Origin: an uncultured Parachlamydiaceae bacterium
Lineage (GTDB): Bacteria > Chlamydiota > Chlamydiia > Chlamydiales > Parachlamydiaceae
Length of the DNA: 64,000 nucleotides
Assembly: GCA_963752155.1 (NCBI GenBank)
Contig: CAVVXH010000008.1
Coordinates: 1-64,000, forward strand
Direction: 5' to 3'
Made by a program: the position numbers and the translations under genes. Shown here piece by piece: positions 10,908 through 22,313 of the stretch (positions within the stretch are counted from its first letter, which is position 1; each line of letters starts with the position of its first letter). The notes below the pieces were generated by a model, which saw nothing but the letters and a program-made list of their open reading frames with translations, was not told where the DNA came from and ran no database searches.

Positions 10908-11790
10908 TCAGGAGCCTTCCTTAGCAAGAAGGGAAATTGCCGACCAGTCCATCTCTTCTCTTCCCTTATCAAGGCTGATAAGAAGTAGCCTATGAAGTTC
11001 TTGCGCGAAAGGAGAGGATAGATCTAAGGATTTAGCGGTATTTAAAAATAAGTTGATATCTTTTGATCCGAGGGCTAGTTTAAAACCTGCAGGGCTAAAC
11101 TTTTGCTGCATAATGAGTTTTCCATAATTCTGAAAGACAGGTGAAGGAAATAAGGTTTCGACTAAAAATGTATGTAGCTCTTCTGGCTTGACGCCGTTTT
11201 TTTGGACAAATGCAAAAGCTTCACTCAGCATTTCAATGACAGAGAAGATCATAAAATTTCCGGCTAATTTAACGGCATTGGCAGCTTTCAGGTTTATCCC
11301 CGAAATCATAAATTTTTTTCCCCATCATATTTAACAGAGGGAGCGCCTTTTTTTTGGCAGCTTCTTTCCCAGCCATACAAATCCATAACTCTTGCCTGGC
11401 TGCCGCATCCGGCCTTCCGAAATACGGGTGCAGCAATCAATACTGAACACCTTTTTCCTGATGTTGAAGCATAAGTTTATGGGTTGTAGCCGGAGCTACA
11501 GTGCTTGACGAAACATGAATACAATCCTGGATGTGCACTTTCTAAAAGACCATTAGGTCTTCTGTGATAGCTTCAAGGGCTTGATCATTGGCTACCATTG
11601 AAAAAACAATGGGGGCATGTTTAAATACATCGCTTGGATGATTTAAAAGTTTGGCTCCTGCTTCTACCAAAGAAGTTGTTTTCTCTTTTGAGCGATTGTA
11701 TACGCCAAGCTCGACTCCTTGTTTCAATAAATTAAAAGCCATGGGAGAGCCCATGCTGCCTAGTCCGATAAAACTTGCTTTTAGTGCCAT
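10908..11790 (-). CDS. 3-hydroxyisobutyrate dehydrogenase-family NAD(P) oxidoreductase with several frameshifts
   Basis: FIGLGSMG start, APVF-GRP, AANAVKLAGN, GFKLALGSKD spread over several frames. Confidence 0.8.
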
Positions 11791-11817
11791 CTCAATCCTC
11801 CATTTATGATATTTTTT

Positions 11818-12805
11818 CTAACGTGTTGGGGGTGCCATAAATTCGGGTCCCACTGGCATAGAAATCGTCTCGTTTAGAATGGCATCAATCGCTTTAAAAT
11901 CTTCAGCCTTTAATTTCCAATTCCAAAATAGAGGAGATAGCATCGATTTGTTCAGGTTTACGTGCTCCCCATAACGCTACGTTAATCCCTTTATCTAAAA
12001 CCCAGCGGATAGCTAAAGATAATACGGAACGTTGATAGTGTTGCTGAGCCCATTGATCTAAGCGTTTAACACATTCGAGGTATTGGCTATAACGAGGCGC
12101 TTGAAATTTCGGATCAGACTTGCGCAAATCATCGCCTTTAAATTGAGTATCAGGACGCATCTTACCTGAAAGCAGGCCTCGACAAAGAGAGCCATACCCT
12201 AGTGTCGCTAAATGCTTATTTTTACAATAAGCTAAGATTGTTTGTTCAGCTTCTCTTTCAAAAAGATTAAAAGGGGGTTGAGCTGAATGGAGAGGGGTCG
12301 TTTTTTGGAAAGTCTCCATTTCTTCAACAGTGTAGTTACTCACACCGATTGCACGAATTTTACCTTCTTTAAGTAACTGACCTAGAGCATCAGCTGTCTC
12401 TGCAATAGGAGTTTTGGGATCGGGCCAATGGACTTGATATAAATCAATATAGTCAACCTGTAAACGCTTTAAGGAATCTTCGATTTCCTTTTTGATTCTT
12501 TCTTTACTGCTGTCGCGAAAAATTTGCTGATCCTTCTTCCAGTTTAGCCCAACTTTCGTTGCAATAACCACACGTTCTCTGTTTCCATATTGTTTTAAGG
12601 CTTTACCTACTATTTCTTCCGATTTTCCAAAGCCATAGACCGGAGCTGTATCAATCAGATTGATGCCTTTTTCAAGTGCATGATGAATGGTAAAAATCGC
12701 ATTTTTTTCATCTGTCCCACCCCACATCCATCCTCCAATAGCCCAAGTGCCTAAGCCAATACGAGAAACATCGGTTTTTAAATTGGGAATATGCGTAAAC
12801 TCCAT
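11818..12805 (-). CDS. Aldo/keto reductase (C-terminus frameshifted near 11920)
   Basis: GLGTWAIGG, IDTAPVYG, DLYQVHWPD; family tail PVGPEFMAPPTR* continues in shifted frame to 11818. Confidence 0.88.
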
Positions 12806-12918
12806 ACAACTCCTTGTGTAAATTGCATCTTACTTCTTATTTATTATGTCTACAATCCAGAATATAAGAATCTGAATGCCTGAAAATGACTATTGGCGAC
12901 CACTATTGCAATATTCAA

Positions 12919-13788
12919 TTAAGAATAGTGGGCGCTGTCGCCAGCAGTCACGTCATATGTAGCCCCTGACACCATGCGGGCGGCATCCGACGCGAGAAAG
13001 ACCACTACGGAAGCTACATCTTCAGGTTCAATCCAAGGCACACCTAGAGGGGTCTTTGCTATTAAAATTTTCTTAGCTTCTTCTTCATCTGCAGCACTTC
13101 CTTTAGGCACTTTACCTGCATCTTCAAGAATTTGTGCATAACGCTCTTCATGACGCGTAAGTGGAGTATCGATTAAACCAGGCACAATTGCATTCACAGT
13201 GATGCCATAAACGCCTAATTCAGTTGCTGCAGACTTCATGAGCCCGATGATTCCCCACTTCGACGCGGAATATGCAGCTCCATATTTAGTACCATGTCGC
13301 CCTTGCGTCGATGTTGTTACAATGATTCGTCCCCCTCCACGCTTGACGAGATACGGGGCAAAGGCTCTTAAAGCATTTGCAGAGCCTGTTAAATTGACAT
13401 CGATATGTGTCTGCCATTCCACATCATCCATTTCAAGCAGAGGCCGAAATTCTTGAATGCCGGCGTTGGCAAAAAGAATATCGATGCCACCAAGTTCCTT
13501 TTCCACCTGCAAAGCGCAATCTTTTAATGCAGATATGTTCCTTTGATCTAGTTTAAAACTTAGCCAGCGGGTACCTTGAGATTGAACCATTCGGCCAGTT
13601 TCGGCTAAATCTTCCGGAGTAGAGGATTTGACGCCCGAGCGTTTGCAGATTGGTGCACAAATATCAATTCCAACGATATCAGCGCCTTCTCTCGCAAAAG
13701 CAACTGCCGTTGCGCGACCGATACCTCGCGCAGCTCCGGTGATGATAGCAATCTTCCCTTTTAAACATTTTTCCAATGAGGCTTTCAT
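12919..13788 (-). CDS. SDR family oxidoreductase
   Basis: TGAARGIG, ANAGI, YSASK. Confidence 0.9.
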   Translation of the reverse strand: MKASLEKCLKGKIAIITGAARGIGRATAVAFAREGADIVGIDICAPICKRSGVKSSTPEDLAETGRMVQSQGTRWLSFKLDQRNISALKDCALQVEKELGGIDILFANAGIQEFRPLLEMDDVEWQTHIDVNLTGSANALRAFAPYLVKRGGGRIIVTTSTQGRHGTKYGAAYSASKWGIIGLMKSAATELGVYGITVNAIVPGLIDTPLTRHEERYAQILEDAGKVPKGSAADEEEAKKILIAKTPLGVPWIEPEDVASVVVFLASDAARMVSGATYDVTAGDSAHYS

Positions 13789-13809
13789 AGATTATTCCCT
13801 TACATTTTT

Positions 13810-13885
13810 CTTAAAATAATACTCTTATTTTCGTGATAAGTAATTATATCGAGTGGAATAAGTTTCCATCTTCCATAATTCTTAT
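13810..13885 (-). repeat. 76-bp copy of an internal part of gene 14329-14838
   Basis: Matches 14474-14549 with 3 mismatches, same orientation. Confidence 0.9.
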
Positions 13886-13945
13886 CAAGCCTCATGGTAT
13901 CGATAGAGATAAAATTTCACAACTTGAATCAGGGCATATGAAATC

Positions 13946-14232
13946 TGGCACTATTTCAAGTTGACTTAGCGAAAATTTTTTGGAGCCCTCAGCGACCAGC
14001 GGCGCGCTAATATCAAGAAGTAAACTCAAAAGCTTACTCAGAAGTGCGTGTGGCTTTGCCATCGCGCGAGAAGTTGCTTCAAAAATTACAGGCAGCAATA
14101 CAATTTCAACTTATGCTGATGTAGAAACCTATTACCTATCCAAATAGACTTTTCGCAATAGACCTCTTCGCGCGGTGGCAAAGCCACACGCACTCCAAAA
14201 AATTTTCACTAGGTCAACTTGAAATAGCGCCA
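13946..14232. repeat. Nested inverted-repeat element
   Basis: Outer 40-bp arms 13946-13985 and 14193-14232 (3 mismatches); inner GC-rich arms 14041-14074 and 14162-14196. Confidence 0.8.
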
Positions 14233-14328
14233 AATTTAAAATGTTCTGATTTCCTGCTATGCCCAGAGCGGATAACAAGACACCTGGAAAGCTCATTGGA
14301 AAGGCTTCGTTTTTTCCTAGCTGTGCAA

Positions 14329-14838
14329 CTACCTCTGTATATTATCATTAAAATCATAACTATCCTGTACTGGACTGAATACTTCAATGATTTCTTCAAT
14401 CAAATGGTCTGAATTATAGCGTAAAATGACTATAGCGGTGTTATTGCCAAAGCTTTTTGCCTCAATATTAATCCTTAAAATAATACTCTTATTTTCGTGA
14501 GAAGTAATAATATCGAGTGAAATAAGTTTCCATCTTCCATAATTCTTATAAACAGATATAAGGTCACTCACAAAAGCATCTCGATCTTTCGCAACCCAGC
14601 GTCCATTGAAATTTTTCTTGCAATTTTGCGAAAATAAGATTGGAGCTTCATAGCCTCGATTATCTTCTCCACTACCTATATTGTTAATGAAGTTGATGTA
14701 CCTATGAGAAAGATTTAACAGAAATTCAAAACTTTGTTGCGTATTCATAGTATTAATATTTTCCACAGAATTTAGTTGAGGATTTAAAATGCACAGAGAA
14801 AATCCAAGTAAAGATGTAAAATACAAATTCTTATTCAT
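14329..14838 (-). CDS. Hypothetical exported protein, possibly NTF2/SnoaL-like
   Basis: Signal-like N-terminus; LFSQNCKK.FNG and IVILRY...LIEEIIEVF pattern. Confidence 0.55.
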   Translation of the reverse strand: MNKNLYFTSLLGFSLCILNPQLNSVENINTMNTQQSFEFLLNLSHRYINFINNIGSGEDNRGYEAPILFSQNCKKNFNGRWVAKDRDAFVSDLISVYKNYGRWKLISLDIITSHENKSIILRINIEAKSFGNNTAIVILRYNSDHLIEEIIEVFSPVQDSYDFNDNIQR

Positions 14839-14893
14839 AGTTCACCTACAATATGATTGAGTGATGTTTAGGGCTTTAGAGAAGGAACGGAGC

Positions 14894-15574
14894 TCAGTTA
14901 ATACCATTCCAGAAGAAGACCTGGGTGCGGTGTTCATAAGGGAAATTAGCATTTGCCGTTGGAAATTGGTAGAGAATTCCGGGAGATTTAAATCCTTGGC
15001 TAGAGAAAAAATGAAGTGAGGGACCATTGACGATAGGATAAATGAAGACGTCACTAATCAGCCCATGCGGCCAAAGTTGCTTCCCTGCCTCAATAAGCTG
15101 AGTTCCAATCCCGAGTCTCGAATATCCAAATTTTACTCCGATTTGCTCGATATAACCCACATCGTTGTCCGAAAGCCAATCATTCAGATTAGGTAAATCT
15201 ACAACCATTTCAAAGTGACCTGCAATCGGATCTTGATAAAGCTCTTTAAATTCCGAAGCCTCTGTCAAGATCACATATCCTACAAGAGTCTGATCCATAT
15301 AAGAACATATAATCTGTCCTTCCTTATTTTCAAGCAAGGAGAGGATATATTCTGACGTCATAGGTACCAATAAAAAACCTGTTTGTTGATATGCTTCAGG
15401 AATATTATTAACAGGAACAATCAGTGATTTTTGAATGGCAAGAAGCTGAGAAATAATTTCTTCTTTGGAAACATCGTTCTTGTTAACAATGCTAATCCAT
15501 GAATTAACAGCATGGATGCATGATGTTGAAAAGCAAAAAACAATAGTAAGTAATAGTCGTAAAATCATTTTCAT
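14894..15574 (-). CDS. GNAT family acetyltransferase with signal peptide
   Basis: YIEQIGV..YSRLGIGTQL, NGPSLHFFSSQGF. Confidence 0.8.
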   Translation of the reverse strand: MKMILRLLLTIVFCFSTSCIHAVNSWISIVNKNDVSKEEIISQLLAIQKSLIVPVNNIPEAYQQTGFLLVPMTSEYILSLLENKEGQIICSYMDQTLVGYVILTEASEFKELYQDPIAGHFEMVVDLPNLNDWLSDNDVGYIEQIGVKFGYSRLGIGTQLIEAGKQLWPHGLISDVFIYPIVNGPSLHFFSSQGFKSPGILYQFPTANANFPYEHRTQVFFWNGIN

Positions 15575-15692
15575 AAAAAGTTATCCATCTTGGTTGAGTT
15601 TAAAAAATCGTTACTATTCGCTTGATAAGATCAAGAGGTAGAAACTGTTAGTGTCTAATGGCAAAGCATACCTAATTCTGCTCCTTGCCAAG

Positions 15693-16553
15693 CTATTTTC
15701 GAAACAGCTCACGCGAAATAGGAATCATCCCTTCTTTAATTGGCAAAAACAATGTTTGAACCAATGGATGATTTGGATCTACTGCATATTGAGAGAAATC
15801 CGTAATCCCTGTTTTGCGCAATAAAGCTTCATCAATAAAAAATAGACCTGAAGCCTCTCTAAAAGTTAGCTGTGAAAGTGCATAAGCCGCATCCCCCATG
15901 ATTGAAGGCCAACGGCTTCCAGAGTAAACTGATGGAGTAAGATAATCTTTAAGTCTTTGTGTTGCAATATTGGTTTGAGGCCAAAGGGAGTTGACTGCAA
16001 TACCTGCTGCATAAAACTCTGCGGCCATTCCTCTCGTACATAAACTCATTCCATATTTTGCTAAGGAAAATAGTAGGTAATCTTTTAACCATTGATCCTC
16101 AAGATTTAGAGGAGGAGCAATATTGATAACATGAGAATTTTTTCCTTCTTTTAAATAAGGAAAGCAGATTTGAGAAAGGAAAAAAGCAGCGCGAACACTA
16201 GTGGAAATGGCAAGATCAAACTGGTCTGGCGAGGTGTGAAATGTGTCATTGAAACAAGGAGCGCTAGTATTATTGACCAAAATATCAATCCCACCAAAGT
16301 GAGCAATAGTTTTAGAAACAACATTCTTCAAATCATTGTAATCGCGAACATCAATATCACATGCCAAAACTTGGCCGCCAGCTTCAGAGATCCCATCAAC
16401 AGTCTCTTTGACTTGAATAGGATTATCTTTTGAAGCAATGACAATATTTGAACCATCAGCAGCAAAACGAAAAGCAATTGCCTCACCAATCCCTTGCCCT
16501 GCTCCCGTTATGAGGACAGTTTTTTTTCTGTTGTCATCGTTTAACTTACTCAT
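15693..16553 (-). CDS. SDR oxidoreductase, HSDL2-like
   Basis: TGAGQGIG, NIAPPLNL, AKYGMS, NSLWP; the catalytic Tyr position appears as F. Confidence 0.8.
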   Translation of the reverse strand: MSKLNDDNRKKTVLITGAGQGIGEAIAFRFAADGSNIVIASKDNPIQVKETVDGISEAGGQVLACDIDVRDYNDLKNVVSKTIAHFGGIDILVNNTSAPCFNDTFHTSPDQFDLAISTSVRAAFFLSQICFPYLKEGKNSHVINIAPPLNLEDQWLKDYLLFSLAKYGMSLCTRGMAAEFYAAGIAVNSLWPQTNIATQRLKDYLTPSVYSGSRWPSIMGDAAYALSQLTFREASGLFFIDEALLRKTGITDFSQYAVDPNHPLVQTLFLPIKEGMIPISRELFRK

Positions 16554-17713
16554 TTAGCCTCTTTTACAGCATATAAGATGGGAATTGCTGCTAATTGAAT
16601 TCCCACGGAAAAAATAATTAAAGATATCAAAGAAACATCATATAATAGTCCCATTAGAGCGCTCCCCAAAAACCAAAAAATTCCGAACCATATATTTAAG
16701 ATGCCATAGGCTGTCCCTCTTTTATTCATTTGCACCATATTTGCCACCACAGCACGCATAATAGATTCTTGGGTGCCTATGCCTATTCCCCATAAAATCA
16801 TGCCTATTAAAGTGAGATAAAATCCACCTAAAAAAACTAAAGGTGCAAATAAAGAAGCAAGCGCTGTCACAAATATTAAAACAGAAAATCCTATCATATC
16901 ATAAAGTCGCCCACATATTAAAGCTGCCAAGCCTGCAGACGCCATTGAGATTGAGAAAAAAACAGGTACCCAAACATCAGAAATCACAGCAAATTTTTGA
17001 AAGTGAAAAGCAATTAAAGGAAAGTCGACATACCCAGCAGCTACACAAGAAATTGCAATAATATAGAGCCAATATTTCTTAGTGAATCCATCCTTTCTCA
17101 TATCTATAGTTTCAATTTCTAAGTCTTGAGGACGTGGATACAACATTCTTGCGGCAGTTAACACGCTCATTGCACAGAGGGCTGGGATAAGAAGCACTGC
17201 AAAACTGGTCTGAAAACTGCCTTTAAAATATAGAATGCAACTAACAATTAGTGGGCCTATAATGGCTCCTATCTGATCCATTGCTTCATGTAAGCCAAAA
17301 CCCCACCCTCGTCCAGTTTCCTTTGTTGCATAAGATAACATCGCATCTCTAGCTGGTGTCCGAATAGCTTTACCAAAACGTTCTAATATCATTAAAGAAG
17401 CCGCTAACGGCCAATTTCCTGCTAAAGCTAGGAGAGGAACTGCAAACAAATTGAGAAAATATCCTACAAAAGTGACTAACCAATACTTTCCAGTTTTATC
17501 GCTTATGTAACCAGATACTAGTCTAAAACTATATCCAAGGAGCTCCCCTAAGCCTGCTACAATACCTACAATGGTTCCAGTCGCTCCTAAAACGGCCAAA
17601 TATTGACCGCTGATACTGCGAGCACCTTCATAGGTCATATCGCCAAAAAGACTAACTATGCCCATGAGAACAACAAACGTAATCGCCTTTTTTTTTGAAA
17701 TCGTTTGATTCAT
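16550..17713 (-). CDS. MFS transporter
   Basis: DMTYEGARS, ERFGKAIRTPARD, GLHEAMDQIGA; many TM segments. Confidence 0.9.
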   Translation of the reverse strand: MNQTISKKKAITFVVLMGIVSLFGDMTYEGARSISGQYLAVLGATGTIVGIVAGLGELLGYSFRLVSGYISDKTGKYWLVTFVGYFLNLFAVPLLALAGNWPLAASLMILERFGKAIRTPARDAMLSYATKETGRGWGFGLHEAMDQIGAIIGPLIVSCILYFKGSFQTSFAVLLIPALCAMSVLTAARMLYPRPQDLEIETIDMRKDGFTKKYWLYIIAISCVAAGYVDFPLIAFHFQKFAVISDVWVPVFFSISMASAGLAALICGRLYDMIGFSVLIFVTALASLFAPLVFLGGFYLTLIGMILWGIGIGTQESIMRAVVANMVQMNKRGTAYGILNIWFGIFWFLGSALMGLLYDVSLISLIIFSVGIQLAAIPILYAVKEAK

Positions 17714-17778
17714 CTCAATGCTCTCTCTATTTCCAAAAACACCGTAAAAAACGACTAGTTCTTAAGCGGTTATAAAAA

Positions 17779-17820
17779 TGGGGCAACTTGGACTTGAACC
17801 TGCGACCAGCAGGTTATGAG
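17779..17820 (-). other. Degenerate 3' half of tRNA(CAU), att-like site
   Basis: Minus strand CTCATAA CCTGC TGGTC GCAGG TTCAAGT CCAAG TTGCCCC A: anticodon loop, variable loop and T-loop; no 5' half; T-stem partly broken. Confidence 0.65.
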
Positions 17821-17889
17821 GGCGGTGGTCCGCTATATAACCCAATACCATCCAACCGCTATGAGTATAAAGGTAAAGGATTAAAGGCT
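17813..17889 (+). repeat. Putative island-end sequence, copy A
   Basis: Ungapped 57/77 match (hand count) to 55728-55804. Confidence 0.7.
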
Positions 17890-17959
17890 AAAATGCCACT
17901 GGATTTTATTGGATAAATAGCAAGTTATTACATTGTCATCCGTGCACTGTTGGATTAAA

Positions 17960-18169
17960 TTAGAAAGTCATGGAATAAAAGAGCCAAACATGGAAATTAT
18001 TGTTAATCAAGGCAAGTTTGTAGGTCGTCCTAGTCAGATTTTTGTTAAAGTTACGGGAACACCTAATCACATGCATTCCGTTGAAGTAAGTGGCGAGGTT
18101 TGTATGGTCTCAAATGGAGTAATCGATAGTTTTGAAATATCGGATACCAATTCTTTTATAAAAAAATGA
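17960..18169 (+). pseudogene. PhzF-family epimerase C-terminal fragment
   Basis: QGKFVGRPSQIFV...VEVSGEV motif. Confidence 0.65.
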
Positions 18170-18294
18170 AATTAGAAATACCGAGAGATTAAAAGTTATG
18201 AAAATCCTCACTCGAAATCAAATCGAGCAAGCCCACAGCACTATGGTACAAGGAGTGATCTGTTGTGGCCAATTGAAATCTGATGAGAACGGTG

Positions 18295-18379
18295 CAACAT
18301 ACGTGCAGCCTTTTCTCCAGAACGGACCGCGCCTCCCATAGTAGCAAAATCATCGATCTTCTGTATGTTCACCAGCCCA
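18295..18379 (-). pseudogene. Flavin amine oxidase C-terminal crumb
   Basis: WAGEHT...ATMGGAVRSGEKAA with a frame disruption. Confidence 0.4.
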
Positions 18380-18384
18380 TATGC

Positions 18385-21194
18385 TTATCTCCTTTCTTCT
18401 TGATGTGTCAGAGCACGAAGAATTGAATCCAAAACATCATCAAGATGCTTACCCACATCTTCGCTTAAGAATCGTAGAACCAAGTAACCATTCTGCTGGA
18501 GTAAAGCATCTTTACGTCTATCCCGGCGATAGGCATTGGCGTCAGCCAGATGCTGTGCACCATCAAGTTCAACCGCAAGACGTGCATCGGCACAAAGTAA
18601 ATCAACCTCCATTTGACTTGAAACATCGAATGGGATTGACAATAGAGCGTTAAGATGAAATCTTCCCGCAGTCTGAGGTAAAGTTTCAAGACGACGATAA
18701 AGAAATGCTTCAGTGGTACTTCGAGCTCTATCGATGCCTTCAGCATCGGCATGTATAGACGAAGCCACTTGAACAAAAAGATTAGCTAGTGGCATATCCA
18801 CACCATCGGAAATCAAACGCTTGATACTTGCTCCATAATCACTCTTCCAAGCCGGATCAACTGGGAGTGGTGCTTGGGCAGGCCATCCTGGTGTTGCACT
18901 GGCAGGGAGCAAGATTTTATATCCTACAGCTTCATAACCTCGACAACGCTTGTTGAACATTCGTTCTAATATGGGCACATTAAGGTCAGCATAATCGTAG
19001 ACTTGCACCTCTTTTTTACGATCATATAAACGATGTAGTCTGCCAACATATTGTGCAATGGTTCCTTGCCATGAAATCGGAAGAGTAAGAAACAAAGTAT
19101 CCAATCTGGCATCATCAAATCCTTCGCCAATGTATCGTCCCGTTGCAAGCAATACGCGGTCTTCATTCTCAGGAATACTTGCCAAACGGCTACTAATTTG
19201 AGCAATTTCCTTAGCACTCATGCCTCCACGAAGCACAATTAGGTTTCGAATATGAGGAGCTAAGCTGATGAGACAACAAATCTAGATGTTCATTTCGCTC
19301 TGTCAATATAACTGGCGACCGTCCATTCTGAACAGCTTTCAGAACCTCTTCACAAATTAATTGGTTGCGTACTGTATCGTGAACCAGTTCATCATACAGA
19401 TCATTGAACTGGAGGCGTACATCAGCATTGGCTGGCTTGAGAGGAATGAATGCAGTAGGACGCACTAAAACCGTATGTTCAAAGGGGCGTGCTGCAGCCT
19501 GTTCTTTGGCGTTAACGCTATAGCGTACAGGACCGCATTGCATTGTGATAATGGGATGATGCCCATCTTTTCGCCTCAAAGTGGCTGTTAATCCGGTGAT
19601 GTATTTTGCCTTTGCTTGACGTGTAACTTGTTCAAAACTTTGTGCCGGTAAATGGTGACATTCATCAATGATTAAGTTGCCATATTGTCCGACAACATCA
19701 TCCACGACACCTTTGCGTACAAGGCTTTGAATAAGAGCTACGTCCAATAATCCTTTTGGGTTTTTCCGTCCCCCGCCTATTCGACCAATCATCTTTACAG
19801 GCACATCCAAAAAGGTTGAAAGACGTTCTATCCATTGTTCTTGAAGTTGCTTGCGATGTACTAAAATTAAGGTATTGACCTGACGCTGTGCTATCAACCA
19901 TGCAGCAATGACAGTCTTTCCAAAAGCTGTAGTTGCCGATAATACACCGATATCGTGAGCAAGGAGTGCTTCAGCAGCAGCTTGCTGTTCATATCGTAAT
20001 TGACCTTGAAAGCTCGCGTTTAGTGGTTGTCCTATGCAAAGTTCTTCTCGCAAAATTATTTTGATATTTAGATCTGAAAGCAGACAACAAACATCTTCAA
20101 AACATCCTCGCGGTAGGGCAATATGATTAGGATGATCTTCAGCGCAGGCAATAATCCGAGGTATCTCATAAGTGGGAAATCTCATCGCCTGAGCTTTGTA
20201 AAATTCAGGATTCTGAAATGCTGCGAGGCGAATCAATCGATTTCGAAGGCCTGGGGATAATGACTCTTTGGCAATATAGATTTGATTTCCAATCACCAAT
20301 TCCAAACTTTTCGGCACATTTCCAAGTCGGAGGACTTGGACTACGGCGTGAAGGCGGGAGAGTCCATGGAGTATTTTGATCCTCATCAGCTATATCCAGA
20401 CGAACCCCAACAACACGCCCTTTTGCTTCAGCTTTTGCAACGATATTTTCAACTTCTAATCGACTAATTTTATGAAGGTTTGATAGAAATACCCATTGAT
20501 CTTCATAAGCTATCAAATTTTCATCGACAAACACACTATTGCCTAAAGTACGAGCCTTTTTCTGTAGCGGTAAAGCAATTAAATTCCCGAATCCTCCTTT
20601 AGGCAAAGTGTCCTGATTTGGAAAAAGTCTATCATATGAATCTAGTCCAATATCTGGCCTACGCTCCATCGTCTCTGTAAGGATATGACTTCCAAGTTTG
20701 CGCGCTAAACCAGCTGTTATGGCTTCAGAAAAGAATAGCCAGACGTGAGCGCCTTTACCGGAACGAGACCGCTCTAATGCTGCTGGTAAACCCATCTGAT
20801 GACAGGTTTTGAGAAATGCGGTTGCATCTTCTGTCCAACTCGCTTTGTCAAAGTCTGCTGCTAGAAAAAAACATGTTTCATCTAACAGCATTGGGTAGAT
20901 ACCCATCACGAAATCTTTGCCGCAGTTATCCAAGCCAGAAAGATGCCAATGAACGACATCGTCAGTGATGGGAAGTAAGCGACGATGTTTACAGTCAGAA
21001 CATTTGATTTTCGGTTTCTCGCAGATGCCACGAACCCATTCATTGCCACAAGCAAAAACATAACCCGATTTCCCAGTTTTTTTATTTTCAAATCGTTTAG
21101 GGTATACTTCTTCGCGTCCACGAAAAAAAGAACGGAATAGGGCAATTTTCGCTTGTGGCGATGATTGATTATTTGCACTAACACTGATTTTCAT
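18385..21194 (-). CDS. AEP (TOTE-type) primase + SF2 ResIII/DEAH helicase + DUF559 endonuclease fusion, split by two frameshifts
   Basis: AADFD, ERSRSGKGAHVW, GNLIALPLQ; ATTAFGKT, IIDECHH, GEGFDDARLD, QYVGRLHR; VELDGAQH, DRRKD..LQQNGYLVLRF. ORFs 20205-21194, 19211-20386 and 18385-19236 overlap. Confidence 0.8.
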
Positions 21195-21249
21195 TTAAGA
21201 AGGCCTTTCGGATTAATTAGTTTTTAGAAGTTGACGAGTAATCCGCTAA

Positions 21250-21525
21250 ATGATAATAATGCATCCAGAATTAAATAAGTGCAAACATTTGCCCAGAACT
21301 TCAAGGCTTCCCAAACCAAGTTACCCTCCATCGCGTTATTTTTGGTATTCCAAAAGCACTTATGAGTTTGGTATTGAAACAATTTTAGTTAGCGGCTTTC
21401 CAGTTAGAATTTATAATGTAGAAAAAACTTTAGCTGATTGTCTTAAATTTCGACAAAAAATCGGAATGGATGTTGTTTTAGAGGCATTCAAGGAGTACTG
21501 GAGAAATGCCCGAAGAAAGGCCTAA
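21250..21525 (+). pseudogene. AbiEi-family (type IV TA antitoxin) fragment
   Basis: YEFGIE...VRIYNVEKTLADCLKFRQKIGMDVVLEA; N-terminal wHTH missing. Confidence 0.7.
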
Positions 21526-21748
21526 GATAAGGCCTAAGTTGAGGCCCAAGTCGGTAGAAGAGGAAGTGGTTAATTTATTAAGTCAAGGACCTCTATCGAA
21601 GGCCGAAATTGCTGAACTACTGGGACATCAACGTATCTCAGGTGGATTAAAAAAAGTTTTTCAGAGCTTGATTGATCAAGGCGTGATCGCCTATACGATA
21701 CCAGATAAGCCAAGAAGCAAGGTTCAAAAATATAAGTTGATCGAATGA
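21506..21748 (+). pseudogene. C-terminal wHTH fragment of Fic/AlbA-type protein
   Basis: TIPDKPRSKVQKY terminus preceded by RPK linker repeats. Confidence 0.6.
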
Positions 21749-21838
21749 TTAATAACAGTTTTTATAGCAATGACTGCTTGATTATCAATAGGATATGCTG
21801 TAGGATTTATACCGAAAATTAAGGAATATCGTCAAAAA

Positions 21839-22081
21839 ATGAAACTAAAATTCTTTATAACAGTATCGCTGTTGAGCTTCCAAACTCTTATTGCAGAACC
21901 TACTGAACAGGATCACGTAAAAGCGTCTCAAAATCCAGGCTATTATAAGCACATAGTACTTAAAGGAATCGTTAAGCAGATGATTTTCCCAGGTCCGCCG
22001 CATTTTCTTAGCGTGGAAAACGGGGACTGGGCAGAACCAAGAACTATTTCCACTAGGTTACGACCGCTAATAACGAAATGA
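21839..22081 (+). pseudogene. Truncated exported protein, DUF4431-like
   Basis: Signal peptide then LKG...FPGPPHF.SVENGD; runs into convergent truncated gene. Confidence 0.45.
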
Positions 22082-22313
22082 AACCAACTATATTTCCATC
22101 TTTTTCCATAACAAAGAAATTTTCTCTATTATGATCTAAAAATAACTGTTTTATATAATTGTTTTGACCTTCTATCCAATTTGGATAAACCATTTGAAAA
22201 ATGTTATACCCAAGTAAGATCTTGAACGATTCATGGATTGGCGTGAATGCTTTTACAGCAATGCCCAAAATACTATCTAAATCTTCGTCCGTAACTTTTC
22301 GCATCTCTAACAT
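22053..22313 (-). pseudogene. 3'-truncated GNAT acetyltransferase
   Basis: MRKVTDEDL start and FFVMEKDGNIVGFI, but acetyl-CoA motif A missing. Confidence 0.6.

Noticed and set aside
12919..13788. Mycofactocin pathway
   Set aside because: The SDR resembles that subfamily (DICAP insert) but no mft genes are present
17779..17860. Functional tRNA-Met/Ile2
   Set aside because: No D-arm or 5' acceptor strand, and the T-stem is mismatched; treated as an att relic
21518..21551. AGGCCTAAG 12-bp tandem repeats as iterons
   Set aside because: They encode the repetitive linker typical before this C-terminal wHTH
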